Positions 1 through 10,605 of a stretch of 64,000 nt of DNA are shown here, in pieces; position 1 is the stretch's first letter, and each line of letters opens with the position of its first letter. The notes beneath the pieces were generated by a model that was not told where the DNA came from, searched no databases, and worked only from the letters and a program-made list of their open reading frames with translations. The position numbers and the translations under genes are program-made. Source of the DNA: Nitrospirales bacterium (lineage in GTDB: Bacteria > Nitrospirota > Nitrospiria > Nitrospirales > UBA8639). The DNA is taken from the NCBI GenBank assembly GCA_965203295.1, contig CBDBCZ010000017.1, positions 2,240,001 to 2,304,000 on the forward strand, given 5' to 3'.

Positions 1-817
1 CTAACTGGAGGTGCATGATGAAACTGCTGAGTCAGCACTTTCGCTGTACCACTCTAAGAATAGAGTATCTCCGGCTCTACAGCTGTAGTTAAATAGCTTG
101 GCCTAAGCTGAGTTGTGTGTATTGTACGGAAAAGGCGTCCAGCTGGTTTTTTTAGACATGAACTATCAGACTTGTTTTTGTTTTTAGAATTGGTTTAGGG
201 CATTTTTTTTTGTACGTGGGTTGTTATATCTGAAATTTGAATACTACAATAAATTAATTAGCGACAGTAATTGAACAAAACAGTGATACACACACCCCAG
301 GTAACAAATCAATAACAAGGTTTAGCTGTCTGCAGTATATTCCAAAGCTGCTTTTTCTATGCTATTTGTAGTCTGTTCTATGATAATAGCCATTTTGTAA
401 ACCTTCGTAACTTCTTGACAGCATACTGAAATAAATCTTCCTCGGTATTAAATCTTGAAAATTTACTGTTAGTGTGCTGCATCAAGTACATTTATTGAAC
501 TTATATTGACAGTGAATATAATCTCTTATCCAGAGTCCAAGATCACTACTTGTGGAGTGTTTTAAATACATCTTTTTGCATCTCGTTTGTAATGGGCAGC
601 AAACAGACCTCAACATTGCATCCAGATTTTTGAAGGTTTTGCAGACGTGTGTACATGTATATGTGTATGTGAGTGTACGTATGTGTATAGCCTTTGATTA
701 TCAGTTATATAAATAAAACCAGAGCATATTAGTAGAGCTCAGGTATTGTAAATGTTTTGAATACAGAAAGGGAAAGTTAATTTGTAACATAGTTTGACAC
801 CCATCTTCCACTTTCAG

Positions 818-2414
818 TCTGAGGGAGACTTTGAGATGACCACTCTGCTTCGATCAGATGTGAAGAATGTCCTCAATCTCCTACTACTCCACTTGAGCAC
901 TCACAGGGAGAGAGTACTGGCTGGGATAAAGATGCTTGCAGAGATGAACCAGTTGGCTGGAGAGGAGAAACCACTGCAAATGGACAGTGAGAAGCAGATG
1001 GTGAGTTAGGATAACATTGCATTGTCTTGATTATGCCATCAGTGGAAGTGGTGTAGGAATAGCCTCATTCCCAGGCCTCCGCACAGCTTTTATCGCTTGC
1101 AGTACAAAAAGCGTGGAAGGCCTGGAATATTTTATCATGTGAATGACGTTGAGGGTAGAGAGAGGGTAGCTTAGAGAGACTTTAATTGAATGTGGGCGAA
1201 ACTATAGCAACGTGCCCACGCAGAGCCAATTTATCAAGAAGCGTCACACTTCTGGCAGTGTGACAAACGGGTAAGTATAGAAAAGCGCTTAATAAAAGAG
1301 CCTGGTTGTTACTACATATATGGTACTTTGTGATAAAGTGTGCTCAAATTGCTCATTGAGGCCATCATAACAATAAGTTGTTAGAGTGTTCCAACGGTTG
1401 AAACTGAGTATTCATGATAACATTACAATCTTTTTTCCTAATTCCACGCGCGTGACGTCACATCCGTGACGGACAGGCGAACTACATATATATGTATCTC
1501 ATAACTGTGTTACCACATGCAACTCTGTATGTATTAAACAATTATTTGGGCTGTACTTATTTAATGGCAGCTTAATTGAGCTGATGAAAGTAATGGGACC
1601 ATGCATGGCTGGGATAAAGATGCTTAGTTGCCACTATTTTCCTTTTCCAGCCTTCACCAGCAACTACAACATGTCCTAAAAGGGTCATGCCATGAGCTTT
1701 CTGATGTGAGAATGGATGCATTGAAAGCACTACACAGACTGTTGAGATTCAATCAAGTTAGTGCAGTAATTATTTATTTGTATGTGAACTGTACATACTG
1801 TTCGTGTTCATGTAAACTTTAAAACAATTCTTGTTCTGTTTATGCAGGCGGAGTTGGAGAAGTGCATGGTAGGAAGTGACACTGTTGATACAATCATTAC
1901 AGAGATTGCAACAACAGTAAGTTGATTTCACTTCATGAAGAAGTGAAATTATGTCTATCTGACGTAGTCCATACTCAACGTTTTGTTCTTAAAATTGCTG
2001 CTTTGTCCTCAGTTTCTAAAGGTCTGCGAGGCACTAGTTTTGAGCTTCGAGAAGAGTTTGGGAGGTGTCTAGGAGAACTTGGAGCTGTTGGTCCCGAAAA
2101 GTATGTGCTTCTATACCACACTTTTGTCATACAATTCTGTATGCTAAGTCAGTGTTGTACTAACTTACAACTGTCCGAGGAGTAGCATTTGTATCCAATA
2201 CTGTCCTATTCTCGGAGACGTAATTTCTCTGACCATATTTAGATTAGTATTATATCACATTTATGTGGGTGGGTATGTTTTCGGATTATGTACTTGCGAG
2301 CATCCTGTTAACTACCTGCCCCTTACTTGCTTTTGCTTGTGTGCTTGCTGTACTTCCCCAGGCTGGATATTCATTCCCATGGTGTCAACTTCGAAGACTG
2401 TGAAGTACTTTGAG
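818..2414 (+). pseudogene. ATR: ATR (PIKK kinase) pseudogene fragment; HEAT/UME-region exons at 818-1000, 1651-1756, 1848-1916, 2013-2100 and 2362-2414
   Basis: AG/GT-bounded exons translate to SEGDFEMTTLLRSDVKNVLNLLLLHL.., LHQQLQHVLKGSCHELSDVRMDALKAL..NQ, AELEKCMVGSDTVDTIITEIATT and KGLRGTSFELREEFGRCLGELGAVGPEK. These are collinear with vertebrate ATR as recalled (LGSLLRQDFQGLHNELLLRI; HENVDVRIHALTSL; SETVEPIISQL; LCGECLGELGAIDP). The first two exons have incompatible phases, most of the UME domain is missing, and there are apparent 1-bp frameshifts at about 2019 and 2369. Confidence 0.8.
1060..1160. repeat. Terminus of a common TAGCCTC(G/A)TTCCCAGGC-type short interspersed repeat (MITE-like); related termini at about 4365-4384 (reverse), 16271 and 36869
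   Basis: The motif tagcctcRttcccaggc recurs several times in the window. No matching second terminus was resolved. Confidence 0.45.
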
Positions 2415-2569
2415 GTATACATCTTGCTTACTAGTGATTTCTATTAGCCTCGTACTCAGCTATTAAATTTAGGCAGAAGGGCTTGATGTGAGGTTTAGCC
2501 GAGTACAGTGGTGCTGTGGAGGTCTGGGTTAGTTTGTAGTGTGGGGTGTTGTGTTTTGTGAAGTATGTA

Positions 2570-3065
2570 CCGTAAACTACGTATTATCCGCCCATGATGT
2601 ATTATCCGCCCATCCCCCTTTTTGAGTCAAAGTTACGTCGGAGGGTATTTATGTACTTAGTATCCGCCCACCCTTAAATACCATCCATGCGAGCTAAACC
2701 TGCAACTAACAACTGAAAATTCCAAAACAACGAGCAGAATCAAACGACAAAACTCGATCTTCAGTGCGCTTTAATTGGAATACCGACGGTAAGTCCGTCA
2801 GCCACTTCGCTTTTTAGCGGATAATAGTAGTCTGCATGCTTCTATAATAGGTAGTTCAATACAATTTGCATTCACTGTGGGGCGGTACTTGTCTAGAAAA
2901 GCTATACTTACCTTGTATGCTCGCTTTGCATACCGCGCATTTGGAATGCGTTCGAGTGGGCATATACTACATCGTATTTATAAAACTATGTATTATTCGC
3001 CCACCCCCCTCTTTCAGCTTGCACTTAAGTGGCCCGCCCATGGGCGGATAATACGTACTTTACGG
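2570..3065. mobile_element. Non-autonomous Tc1/mariner-superfamily (Tc2/pogo-like, CCGTA-ended) MITE, 496 bp
   Basis: TA|CCGTAAACTACGTATTATCCGCCCATG ... CATGGGCGGATAATACGTACTTTACGG|TA: 27-bp TIR with one mismatch, TA on both sides, and internal repeats of TATCCGCCCA. Confidence 0.85.
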
Positions 3066-4587
3066 TAATCGTTATGGATGAGGATGTGAGGGTGGTTGTG
3101 GGATGGTGAGTGGTGGTGATGATTGTGGATGGTGGTGTGTGTTGAAGGGTGTTGTGTAAGGGGGTGTGGTACGGTTTGTGGTGGGTGTGGTTGGAAAGAT
3201 GTAGGGATGGTAGGTACGCGGTAAATGCATCGCACTGTGATATGTGCGTAGTCTGTGCATGCCTTCTGGTGCTTGTTTTGTTGTTTTTTGGGGAAGTGTA
3301 AAGGTATGTCACGTGTACTCACATTGATGAGTGAACTAATGTCCTTGCAGTTACTGTGATCTGAGGACTGTTCAACAGCATGTGTACACTGTGCTATAAA
3401 TATATGTACCAAGCAAGTCAACGTCGAAGCTTTGGAGTTATTTGTTCATGTATTGATTATTATCACGTGCATATCAGTCTATTGGTATCACTGCACATCT
3501 ATGATTATACCAGGCTGAGATCGTTTCTTTAATGTGGGATCCAGATGCAATGATGCTACTGCAACAATTATACTGTAACGGTCATTGTAGCTACTTGTCA
3601 CTCAGACTCCCCCTACATTGCCCTGCATTTGCTAGCACTTTGCCAAAAAGTGCAAAAACTAGTCATGTAGGGCACCAAAAAACGCTTCCCCAAAAACCAA
3701 TGAAACAAGCAGCAATGCACACCACAACACATGCACATACGCCCGCACATCACAGCGCAATGCGTAGCTACCATCCCTACCTGCTTTTTCTGTAACTTGT
3801 TTTGGGGCATTTTTTGGGAGGTGGCAACAAATGTGTGTGACCAGCAAGTGCTCTGGAAAGTCACATTTGAGATTCCCACTCGGTACTCTGAGAGGACAAT
3901 GCTGGCACTAAAGGAGAAACAGCTGAACAGCTTGACCCGGAATGAGATTGTACAGGGAATATCTGCGAAGATTTTCAATCACTGCAAATACCCAATAAGT
4001 TCACAGGTAACCCCATTTGTCACTAAGTTTTTCTGTTTCTCTCCCCCCCATGCTGTGTGACCATTCTAAATAGTACCTACGGGATTTCTGTGAACAAACT
4101 AGCTCTATAAAGATAGTATTTCTCCAAACAAGCTAGCAGTCTGTCGTAGCTGGCCATGCTGAAATAACGTGAATGCAGCAGAACTTGCTCCTGCAACTAC
4201 AATTTTTATTGACACAACCTGAACCCCCCCCCCCCCCCCCCAAAAAAAAAAAAAAACAGAACAAAAATTAAACTATGATAGGGAGTGTACGGTTATCATT
4301 TCGAGATGCCCCAGGCCTACACCCTGGCTATGGTCGTGTGCTATGTGAGAATAAGTTATTTAGTTGAGCCTGGGAACAAGGCTATACCCTTAGCATTGAT
4401 GCCTCATACCGTAGACTCGGGAGCATAACGACCGGTCGTTCTATTTAGAATTAGTAGCGGCGGTGGGTCACTATATTCATGGGGTTTATGTATTCATGAG
4501 GTAATATAACTCGGGTATTATTTAGCGTATACATGTACACGTACGTATAAACTAGTAAACACTAAAACAGCAAACATTCACACAGGT

Positions 4588-4986
4588 TCAGTCTTTTCGT
4601 TTTCTCTTCCTAGACTTCTGCGTATCTCGGAGCATTTGTCGAACTTTTTCGCGGTCCTTTTTCACACCGTGCAGTACGTATTCACAAGGGATTTCTATCC
4701 CTCCACCAGGAACCCAGATGCCTTCAGGTGCAGACCTTGCGACACCAGTCACAGTTCCCTCCATGCGCGTTATCACACCACCATCCAGCATGGGAGCCAA
4801 GATACGGGCGAGCGCGTTGGGAACATGGCCGACATTGCTCCCATCGTCTAGTTTCACAATGATAGCGTCTGGACTATGAGAATTGCCTGGTTCCCTCGCG
4901 CACGTAAAAGTATCTCCTGGTCTTGATTCGCTTTTGAATACATGATGGCCTTTCACTCGAGAGCGCTTCAATCTTGCTAGTTCCAT
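4588..4986 (-). CDS. Stand-alone HIRAN-domain protein, 132 aa, with a basic NLS-like tail
   Basis: Intact ATG-to-stop ORF with HIRAN-like motifs VKGHHVF, REPGNSHSPDAIIV, VGHVPNALARILAPMLD and GGGIEIPCEY; C-terminus KSRKRKRKD. Confidence 0.75.
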   Translation of the reverse strand: MELARLKRSRVKGHHVFKSESRPGDTFTCAREPGNSHSPDAIIVKLDDGSNVGHVPNALARILAPMLDGGVITRMEGTVTGVARSAPEGIWVPGGGIEIPCEYVLHGVKKDREKVRQMLRDTQKSRKRKRKD

Positions 4987-5026
4987 GATCTCTGTACAGC
5001 TAGCGGCCTCGTGTCAATTTTCAGCA

Positions 5027-5070
5027 TAGTCTCGTGACCAAAACTTGGCCCCTCCCCTAGCACGAGACTA
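5027..5070. repeat. 44-bp mini inverted-repeat element TAGTCTCGTG...CACGAGACTA
   Basis: 10-bp perfect TIR identical to the termini of the element at 47809-48084. No TSD is visible. Confidence 0.55.
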
Positions 5071-6571
5071 AAATAGTTATTCACACTTGTCTGTTCTACT
5101 ACGTGTGATCAAGGAATGGCTACTGCTGTTACTGCTGCTCTTGAAACCGGTTCTTTTCAGAGATGAAGACATTAGCATTCATGGTCTTACTGGCTATGTG
5201 GTGAGAAAGGATGCCAGCAGCTCTGAGATCGAGAGTGATGAAGATGACCTCTTTGAACTGGACTCTTCAGAGGAGGAAGAAGACTAGTTTATGTTTATGC
5301 TACGTTTCTGTACATGATACTGGCATGCTGGTACTGTAAACTGCAATAATAACTGTTGTTATAGGTAAAATTATTCATGGGGTTGTAGTACTTAAGAGGT
5401 CATACTATTCAGGAAGTGGGTGGTCAAACGATGATAGGTTCTTCTATATATGGGGTTGCTGTAATTGATGGGTCGTTATGCTCCCGAGTCTACGGTATGT
5501 TACAAAATAAAATAAATCCACCTAAAAATTCATTTGTATATTCCTTTATACAGCACATCAATGACTTCATCCAGATCACTGGTCTCCGTGGTGATCCTGA
5601 AGAAAAATTGGCGGCTGAGTGGATCAAGTGGGCACCAAAAGTCATAACGTATGCAAAGAGTAAAAGAAGTGCAGCTATTCAGACGCAGCTTCATTTGCTG
5701 GATGGGAATGAAGAAGCTGCTGATGGTTAGTTATCAGTTTTATCCATACACTTGTACTCTCGACAAGAGAAATATGGATGCCAGTGTTCACTTACTGACA
5801 GAACTTGAAGTAAGCGTAATGAAATGGATTATCTGTGTTTTTGAGCCTTGGAATGTTGTGTATTAGTTATCTGAAAGTTAAGCAATAGATATACAAGAAA
5901 ACATGTTGTGTATTTGTCAAACTACCAGTATACATCAGAGTTTTAATAATTAGCTCTCTCTGAACTGAGTAAAAATAAGTAAATGACCCCAAATCTTTAC
6001 TGTGCCCTCTCGCAATGTATATGCGTGGCTTGAGTTTCTTTGTCCGAATTACTTTCATTATGTGTTGCTTTTAATTCTCCTTTAACCAGGATGATGAAGA
6101 TCTCGGTACCAAGATATCAGGTGGCATTTCAACACCGTACCTGATTCAGTTTGGCAGTGGTGACATGCAGTTCTTCCTTGTCGCGGAGAAAGAACTGTTG
6201 GCTGAGTTGCCTTCGCTGTACAAGGCCATTGTTGCCCTTATAGCAGTGTATTATGTTTTCGACATTGCCTATCCCACACCATGTATGATGAACACACTTT
6301 TTTTTATGGAGCGCTTCCTGCTTGGAATAACAACTGGGACAAAATTCAACAAAACACTTGTTGGCACCATCAGTGATATTGACAAATGTTAGTTTGTACC
6401 ATTTATTTACCTGCCACCCGGCTTAGTCCTTTTGTATCTTTAGTTTGAAACACTTTAGTTAACATGTAAATGCACTGTACACATTCTTTTGTAATTGTAA
6501 TGTATAGCTACTTGCAATTGCTGTACAGGTGTTGCTATAGCATTAGTTTTGGAACCACCCTAGCGTTCATA

Positions 6572-6990
6572 AATTCAAACACAATGACGTAGCATAAAAA
6601 GACATTGAAAATCCGGTGCATGCGTCTTGTCAGAAACGCTTACAAAGAGCAGAAACACTCTCAAAATTTAAACACAATGATTTAGCATGTAAAGGCTAAC
6701 TAACAGTAAATGAAGTCGAGAAACACAGCCTTAATACTAAAACTCAAGACAACAATGAATAGAATATCTCCCCAAATTCAAACACAATGATTAAGCATAT
6801 AAAGATATTGAAAATGTAGACAGAGTGTCTATGTTGTCAAAAACGCTTACAATGACCAGAAACATTCCCGAAATTCAAATACTACAATGATTTAACATAA
6901 TCATAAAGGTCATAAAAGGCAGTGTATACATCTTGTCAGAAAGGCTCACAACGAGCACAAACGTCCCGGAAATTCAAGCACAATGATTGA
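6572..6990. repeat. Degenerate array with about 100-bp period (five copies of AATTCAAACACAATGA-like motifs); resembles CACTA subterminal repeats
   Basis: Motif at 6572, 6665, 6775, 6872 and 6971, interleaved with TTGTCAGAAACGCTTACAA-like motifs, directly downstream of the SAMD3-like C-terminal exon. Confidence 0.65.
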
Positions 6991-7034
6991 GCATATTGAT
7001 GTTATTGTAAATGAAGCGTTACTTAATAGGTAAA

Positions 7035-7114
7035 CAGGGATTTATGGTCCATAAACTGCCCTAGCCCGAGGGCGAAGCCCGAGGACGAGGGCTGTTTATG
7101 GCCATAAATCCCTG
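7035..7114. repeat. 80-bp stem-loop repeat
   Basis: CAGGGATTTATGGTCCATAAACTGCCCT pairs with AGGGCTGTTTATGGCCATAAATCCCTG (one mismatch, one indel) around a CCCGAGGGCGAAGCCCGAGG core. Probably the terminus of a small non-autonomous element; family not assigned. Confidence 0.6.
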
Positions 7115-7237
7115 GCAACCGCGGTTTATCTGTTATATTCTTAAGCGGATTGGTTCTTTGGGTGCATGGTAACCGACGCTTAGCTACAGTACTACAGTAT
7201 ATATCTCTCTGTGCGGTTCTCCGACTTGTCTTGGTTT

Positions 7238-7870
7238 ACTTGATCTACTCAGCCGCCTATTTTTCTTCAGGATCACCACGGAGACCAGTGATCTGGATGA
7301 AGTCATTGATGAGCTGTATAAAGGAATATACAAATGAATTTTTAGGTGGATTTATTTTATTTTGTAACATATGAGGCATCAATGCTAAGGGTATAGCCTT
7401 GTTCCCAGGCTCAACTATAACTTATTCTCACATAGCACACGACCATAGCCAGGGTGTAGGCCTGGGGCATCTCGAAATGATAACCGTACACTCCCTATCA
7501 TAGTTTCATTTTTGTTCTGTTTTTTTTTTTTTTTGGGGGGGGGGGAGGGTTCAGGTTGTGTCAATAAAAATTGTAGTTGCAGGTTGCTGGTCACACACAT
7601 TTGTTGCCACCTCCCAAAAAATGCCCCAAAACAAGTTACAGAAAAAGCAGGTAGGGATGGTAGCTACGCATTGCGCTGTGATGTGCGGGTGTATGTGCAT
7701 GTGTTGTGGTGTGCATTGCTGCTTGTTTCATTGGTTTTTGGGGAAGCGTTTTTTGGTGGAAGTGCATCCCTACATGACTAGTTTTTGCACTTTTTGGCAA
7801 AGTGCTAGCAAATACAGGGCAATGTAGGGGGAGTCTGAGTAACAAGTAGTTACAATGACCGTTACAGTAT
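7238..7870. repeat. Right arm of the inverted duplication of 3570-5629, lacking 3848-4189 and the HIRAN element
   Basis: Direct reverse-complement comparison; the arm ends exactly where the Gypsy LTR begins (7871). Confidence 0.9.
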
Positions 7871-8210
7871 TGTAACGGAGGTCTCCTCCAGCAGTATTTA
7901 GCCTTGGGCTGAAGTCGAAGATTGACTCGATTGTAGACAGTATGGCTGTTGTGAGCTGTTGTGCATTCTTGTGTTGTCAATGTTTCTGGGCATTCTTCTG
8001 TTGTTCATGTCTGCCAGCATTGTGTTTCTGTCCACCAGCCTGCATTTCTTTCTGATACATTCTTTCGTTGTCATGCTAAACTCTATAAAAGCAGTCCATT
8101 TTTCTGTAAGATGTTGTTGATCCATTACTGTTGCCAAAAAGTCTGTCATCTCTGTTCTGCGCTGCGTGCTCGCTGCTACGGCGAAGTTATAACCCGCGGG
8201 GTTCGCTACA
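7871..8210 (+). repeat. 5' LTR of a Gypsy-like retrotransposon (340 bp, TGTAAC...CTACA)
   Basis: TG...CA termini, followed 2 nt later by the PBS and then gag. No second LTR is present in the window, so the left boundary is inferred from the TGTAAC motif and the end of the flanking duplication. Confidence 0.75.
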
Positions 8211-8212
8211 AT

Positions 8213-8230
8213 TGGTGTCAGGAGTGGGAT
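8213..8230 (+). promoter_or_regulatory. Primer-binding site complementary to the 3' end of tRNA-Leu
   Basis: TGGTGTCAGGAGTGGGAT is the reverse complement of ...AUCCCACUCCUGACACCA, the tRNA-Leu(CAG) 3' end as recalled. Confidence 0.85.
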
Positions 8231-8235
8231 AGCAG

Positions 8236-9240
8236 ATGAGCACGAGAGCAGCCACTAGACAGCAGGAGCTGGAAGAACAGCTGGCGAAGCTCATCGGCAT
8301 GATGGGGCAGCAACAAGAGCGCCAGGAGCAGCAGCAAGAGCGGCAGGAGGCGAAGCTCATCGGCATGATGGAGCAACAGCGGGAGCGACTGGAGCAGCTC
8401 GCGAGTGAGCAGCGGCAGTGGCAAAAAGAGCTGGCCCATCAGCAGGAGCAGCAGCTGGAGCAGCTGGTAGAAAAGCAATGGAAAGTACTGGAAAAGAAGC
8501 AGCTGGAGGCGGAGCAGCAAGTGGAAGCTCTTCAGTACGATCTGGGGCGTACCAAGGATGCCGTGGAGGGCAGATTCCAGACGGCCGAAGGCTGGCTAGC
8601 AGAGCTGCAAACCTCGCATCGAGTGCTGGCCGAGGAGATGCGGGAAAGCCAGGCCTCTTTGAGGGAGGAAGTACAGACAAAGCTGGAGACCCTTCAGAGC
8701 GTCGAGAAGAAGTCGTCAGGAACAACGCTCTCTCCGTCGTTGCGCGCATCTGCAGTCGAGCTCGAGGAGACGCGGACAAGTCAGGCATCTGTGAAACAGG
8801 AACGGCAGACGAAGCCGGAGAGTTCTGAGGAGAAGCCGACGGGGAGCGCGTCCTCTCCTCCCTTGCGGGCATCTGCAGTGGAGTTTATTCCTACTGTGAA
8901 TTCTTTCCTTGCAGGGGCAGATGACGGCATACATCGAACCTGTACGGGAGGTGGGGTTCTGCAGCGACCACCACCGTACGACGGGCGTTCATCTCGGGAG
9001 GCCTACCGGGCCCAATTCGAGATGTTGAGCCAGCTGAACCACTGGACAGAGACAGAGAAGGCCACACTACTGGCGGTGAGCCTAAGAGGAGCGGCCCTGA
9101 CTGTCTTGTCCAATCTCACAAGTGAACGTCGCGGTGACTATAGAGCCTTGGTCATCGCCATGGAGAAGCGCTTTGGAGCCGACCAGATTCACTCCGACAG
9201 GCCCTGGAGACTGCACTTGAACTGGAATCCTACCAGTTAG
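8236..9240 (+). pseudogene. Gypsy gag, disrupted before the zinc knuckle
   Basis: 334-aa ORF starts 5 nt after the PBS and carries a capsid-like motif. The frame ends before the CCHC knuckle, consistent with an internal deletion or frameshift. Confidence 0.8.
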
Positions 9241-9540
9241 CAAGCAGGCAGCGTTCAAGGGCGGTTCGTGAAGTTCAGCTGCTACGAGACCATGACAGTG
9301 GCACTCCACCACATCACAAAGAAAGAGTAATTTCGGCGACAGAATGCAGAAGTTCTTCTTCAAGGACCAAGAAGTTCTCAACTGAGAAAAAAATCACGAG
9401 AATTCGGAGAAAGCATCATCGATATCCCTTCCCAAGCGATACACCTGTTGGAATTGTGGTGAGCAGGGGCACATGCGACGTGATTGCAAGCGACCAAGCA
9501 GTGGGACTTCTGATGGTGTGGGTGACGGTCAGCAGAACCA

Positions 9541-10605
9541 GTGAAACGAGCAGTAGCCAAGCTTGCGGGGCAAAGCTCGGCTACGTATTCTACCCAAGCC
9601 CCAACTGATATTTTTAAAACTGGAACCCTATATGGTCCTGACAACCTGGCAGTACCAGGGAAAGTGGAGGGTTGCAATTGTCAAATTACAATTGATACAG
9701 GAAGCAACATTTCCATTGTAAGACCAGACGTGTTACCCGAGAAAAAGCAGAGCGAAATACAACCAGTCAACCAATGCATCCGCACCGTTACTGGGGAGAA
9801 AGCTCCCATCCGGGGAAAAGGCAATCTTCGTCTCAGAATTGGATCCACAGAAATAGTACACCCTACATGGATTGCTGACATCCAAGACGAATGTATTCTG
9901 GGCTTAGATTTCCTAGAGCCTCATGAATGTCTAGTGAACCTGAGGAATGGTACACTCCAGGTGGGTGAGGAGGAAATTCCATTGCAAAAGCCTGCCGTGG
10001 TGACTACATTGATGCCATGTAGAGCAGTCTTGGAGACCACTGTGATCTTACCACCTCAATTGGAATGTGTTGTACCTGCAAAAATGGATGGCCAGTGGAA
10101 GCACAAGCCAAGGTGGGGAATTATGGAAGCTGGAACCAGAAACAAGGAAGCAGAAAGTGCCCTGGAAGGCTTGTTGGTTGCCCGAACTCTGGTAGACCTA
10201 CATCAACCTACCACAGTCGTGAGAATGATGAATCTAACTGGCCATAAACGCAAAGTCAAGAAGGGAACCGAAATTGCAAGATGTGAGCAAGTTGCAAGTG
10301 TTGTTCTGCAACAAAAGGAAATTGCAAAGGCAGAATCTGAAATGCTACACCTCCCTGAGCATTTGAAAGAGTTGTATATGCGGAGCAGCCATGGGCTAAC
10401 AAAGGATCAATGCCAGCAGACTATGCATTTTTTGGATGCAGTTGCTAGCAGAGAAGCAACCTCAAGCAACGTTTTCCCTTCTTCTTTTTCATTTAGCCCA
10501 TTTCAATACATGATGAGACACCTGTATCAGATCCCAGTTCTCCACACCAAAGAAGGAATACTCACGGTAGGTTCGATTTGTTGGAATGTAAGTCTGCACT
10601 ATTGA
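9541..10605 (+). pseudogene. Gypsy aspartic protease region reading into host-derived sequence
   Basis: DTG catalytic motif and ILGLDFL. The last about 60 codons match the host repeat unit at about 25810-25980. Confidence 0.8.

Larger units (their letters stand above)
4409..5495. mobile_element. 1,087-bp TIR element (Tc2/pogo-like CCGTA ends, TA target duplication) carrying a HIRAN ORF
   Basis: Perfect 25-bp TIRs CCGTAGACTCGGGAGCATAACGACC (4409-4433) and GGTCGTTATGCTCCCGAGTCTACGG (5471-5495), with TA at 4407-4408 and 5496-5497. The empty site with a single TA is seen in the inverted copy at about 7370. Confidence 0.92.
3570..5629. repeat. Left arm of an inverted duplication (partner 7238-7870)
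   Basis: 3570-3847, 4190-4408 and 5498-5629 are near-identical to the reverse complement of the contiguous segment 7238-7870. Confidence 0.9.
3845..6392 (+). pseudogene. Fragmented SAMD3-like gene of the type associated with animal CACTA/EnSpm elements; exon remnants at about 3845-4007, 5554-5725 and 6090-6392
   Basis: Peptides FEIPTRYSERTMLALKEKQLNSLTRNEIVQGISAKIFNHCKYP, EKLAAEWIKWAPKVITYAK and PYLIQFG..QFFLVAEKE..AIVALIAVYYVFDIAYP..NTLFFMERFLLGI. The YYVF-I-YP C-terminal signature is typical of this family. Splice sites are present but phases do not join and internal exons are missing. Confidence 0.55.
7871..10421 (+). mobile_element. 3'-truncated Ty3/Gypsy-like LTR retrotransposon (LTR-PBS-gag-zinc knuckle-protease; RT, RNase H, integrase and 3' LTR absent)
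   Basis: Gag ORF with a coiled-coil N-terminus and PPYDGRSSREAYRAQFE..W...EKATLLAVSLRGAA; CCHC knuckle CWNCGEQGHMRRDC at about 9446-9487; aspartic protease motif IDTGSNISIV and ILGLDFL. The sequence switches to the host repeat unit at about 10412-10422. Confidence 0.9.

Noticed and set aside
7898..8149. 83-aa antisense ORF inside the LTR
   Set aside because: Short, with no recognisable family; cannot be distinguished from chance.
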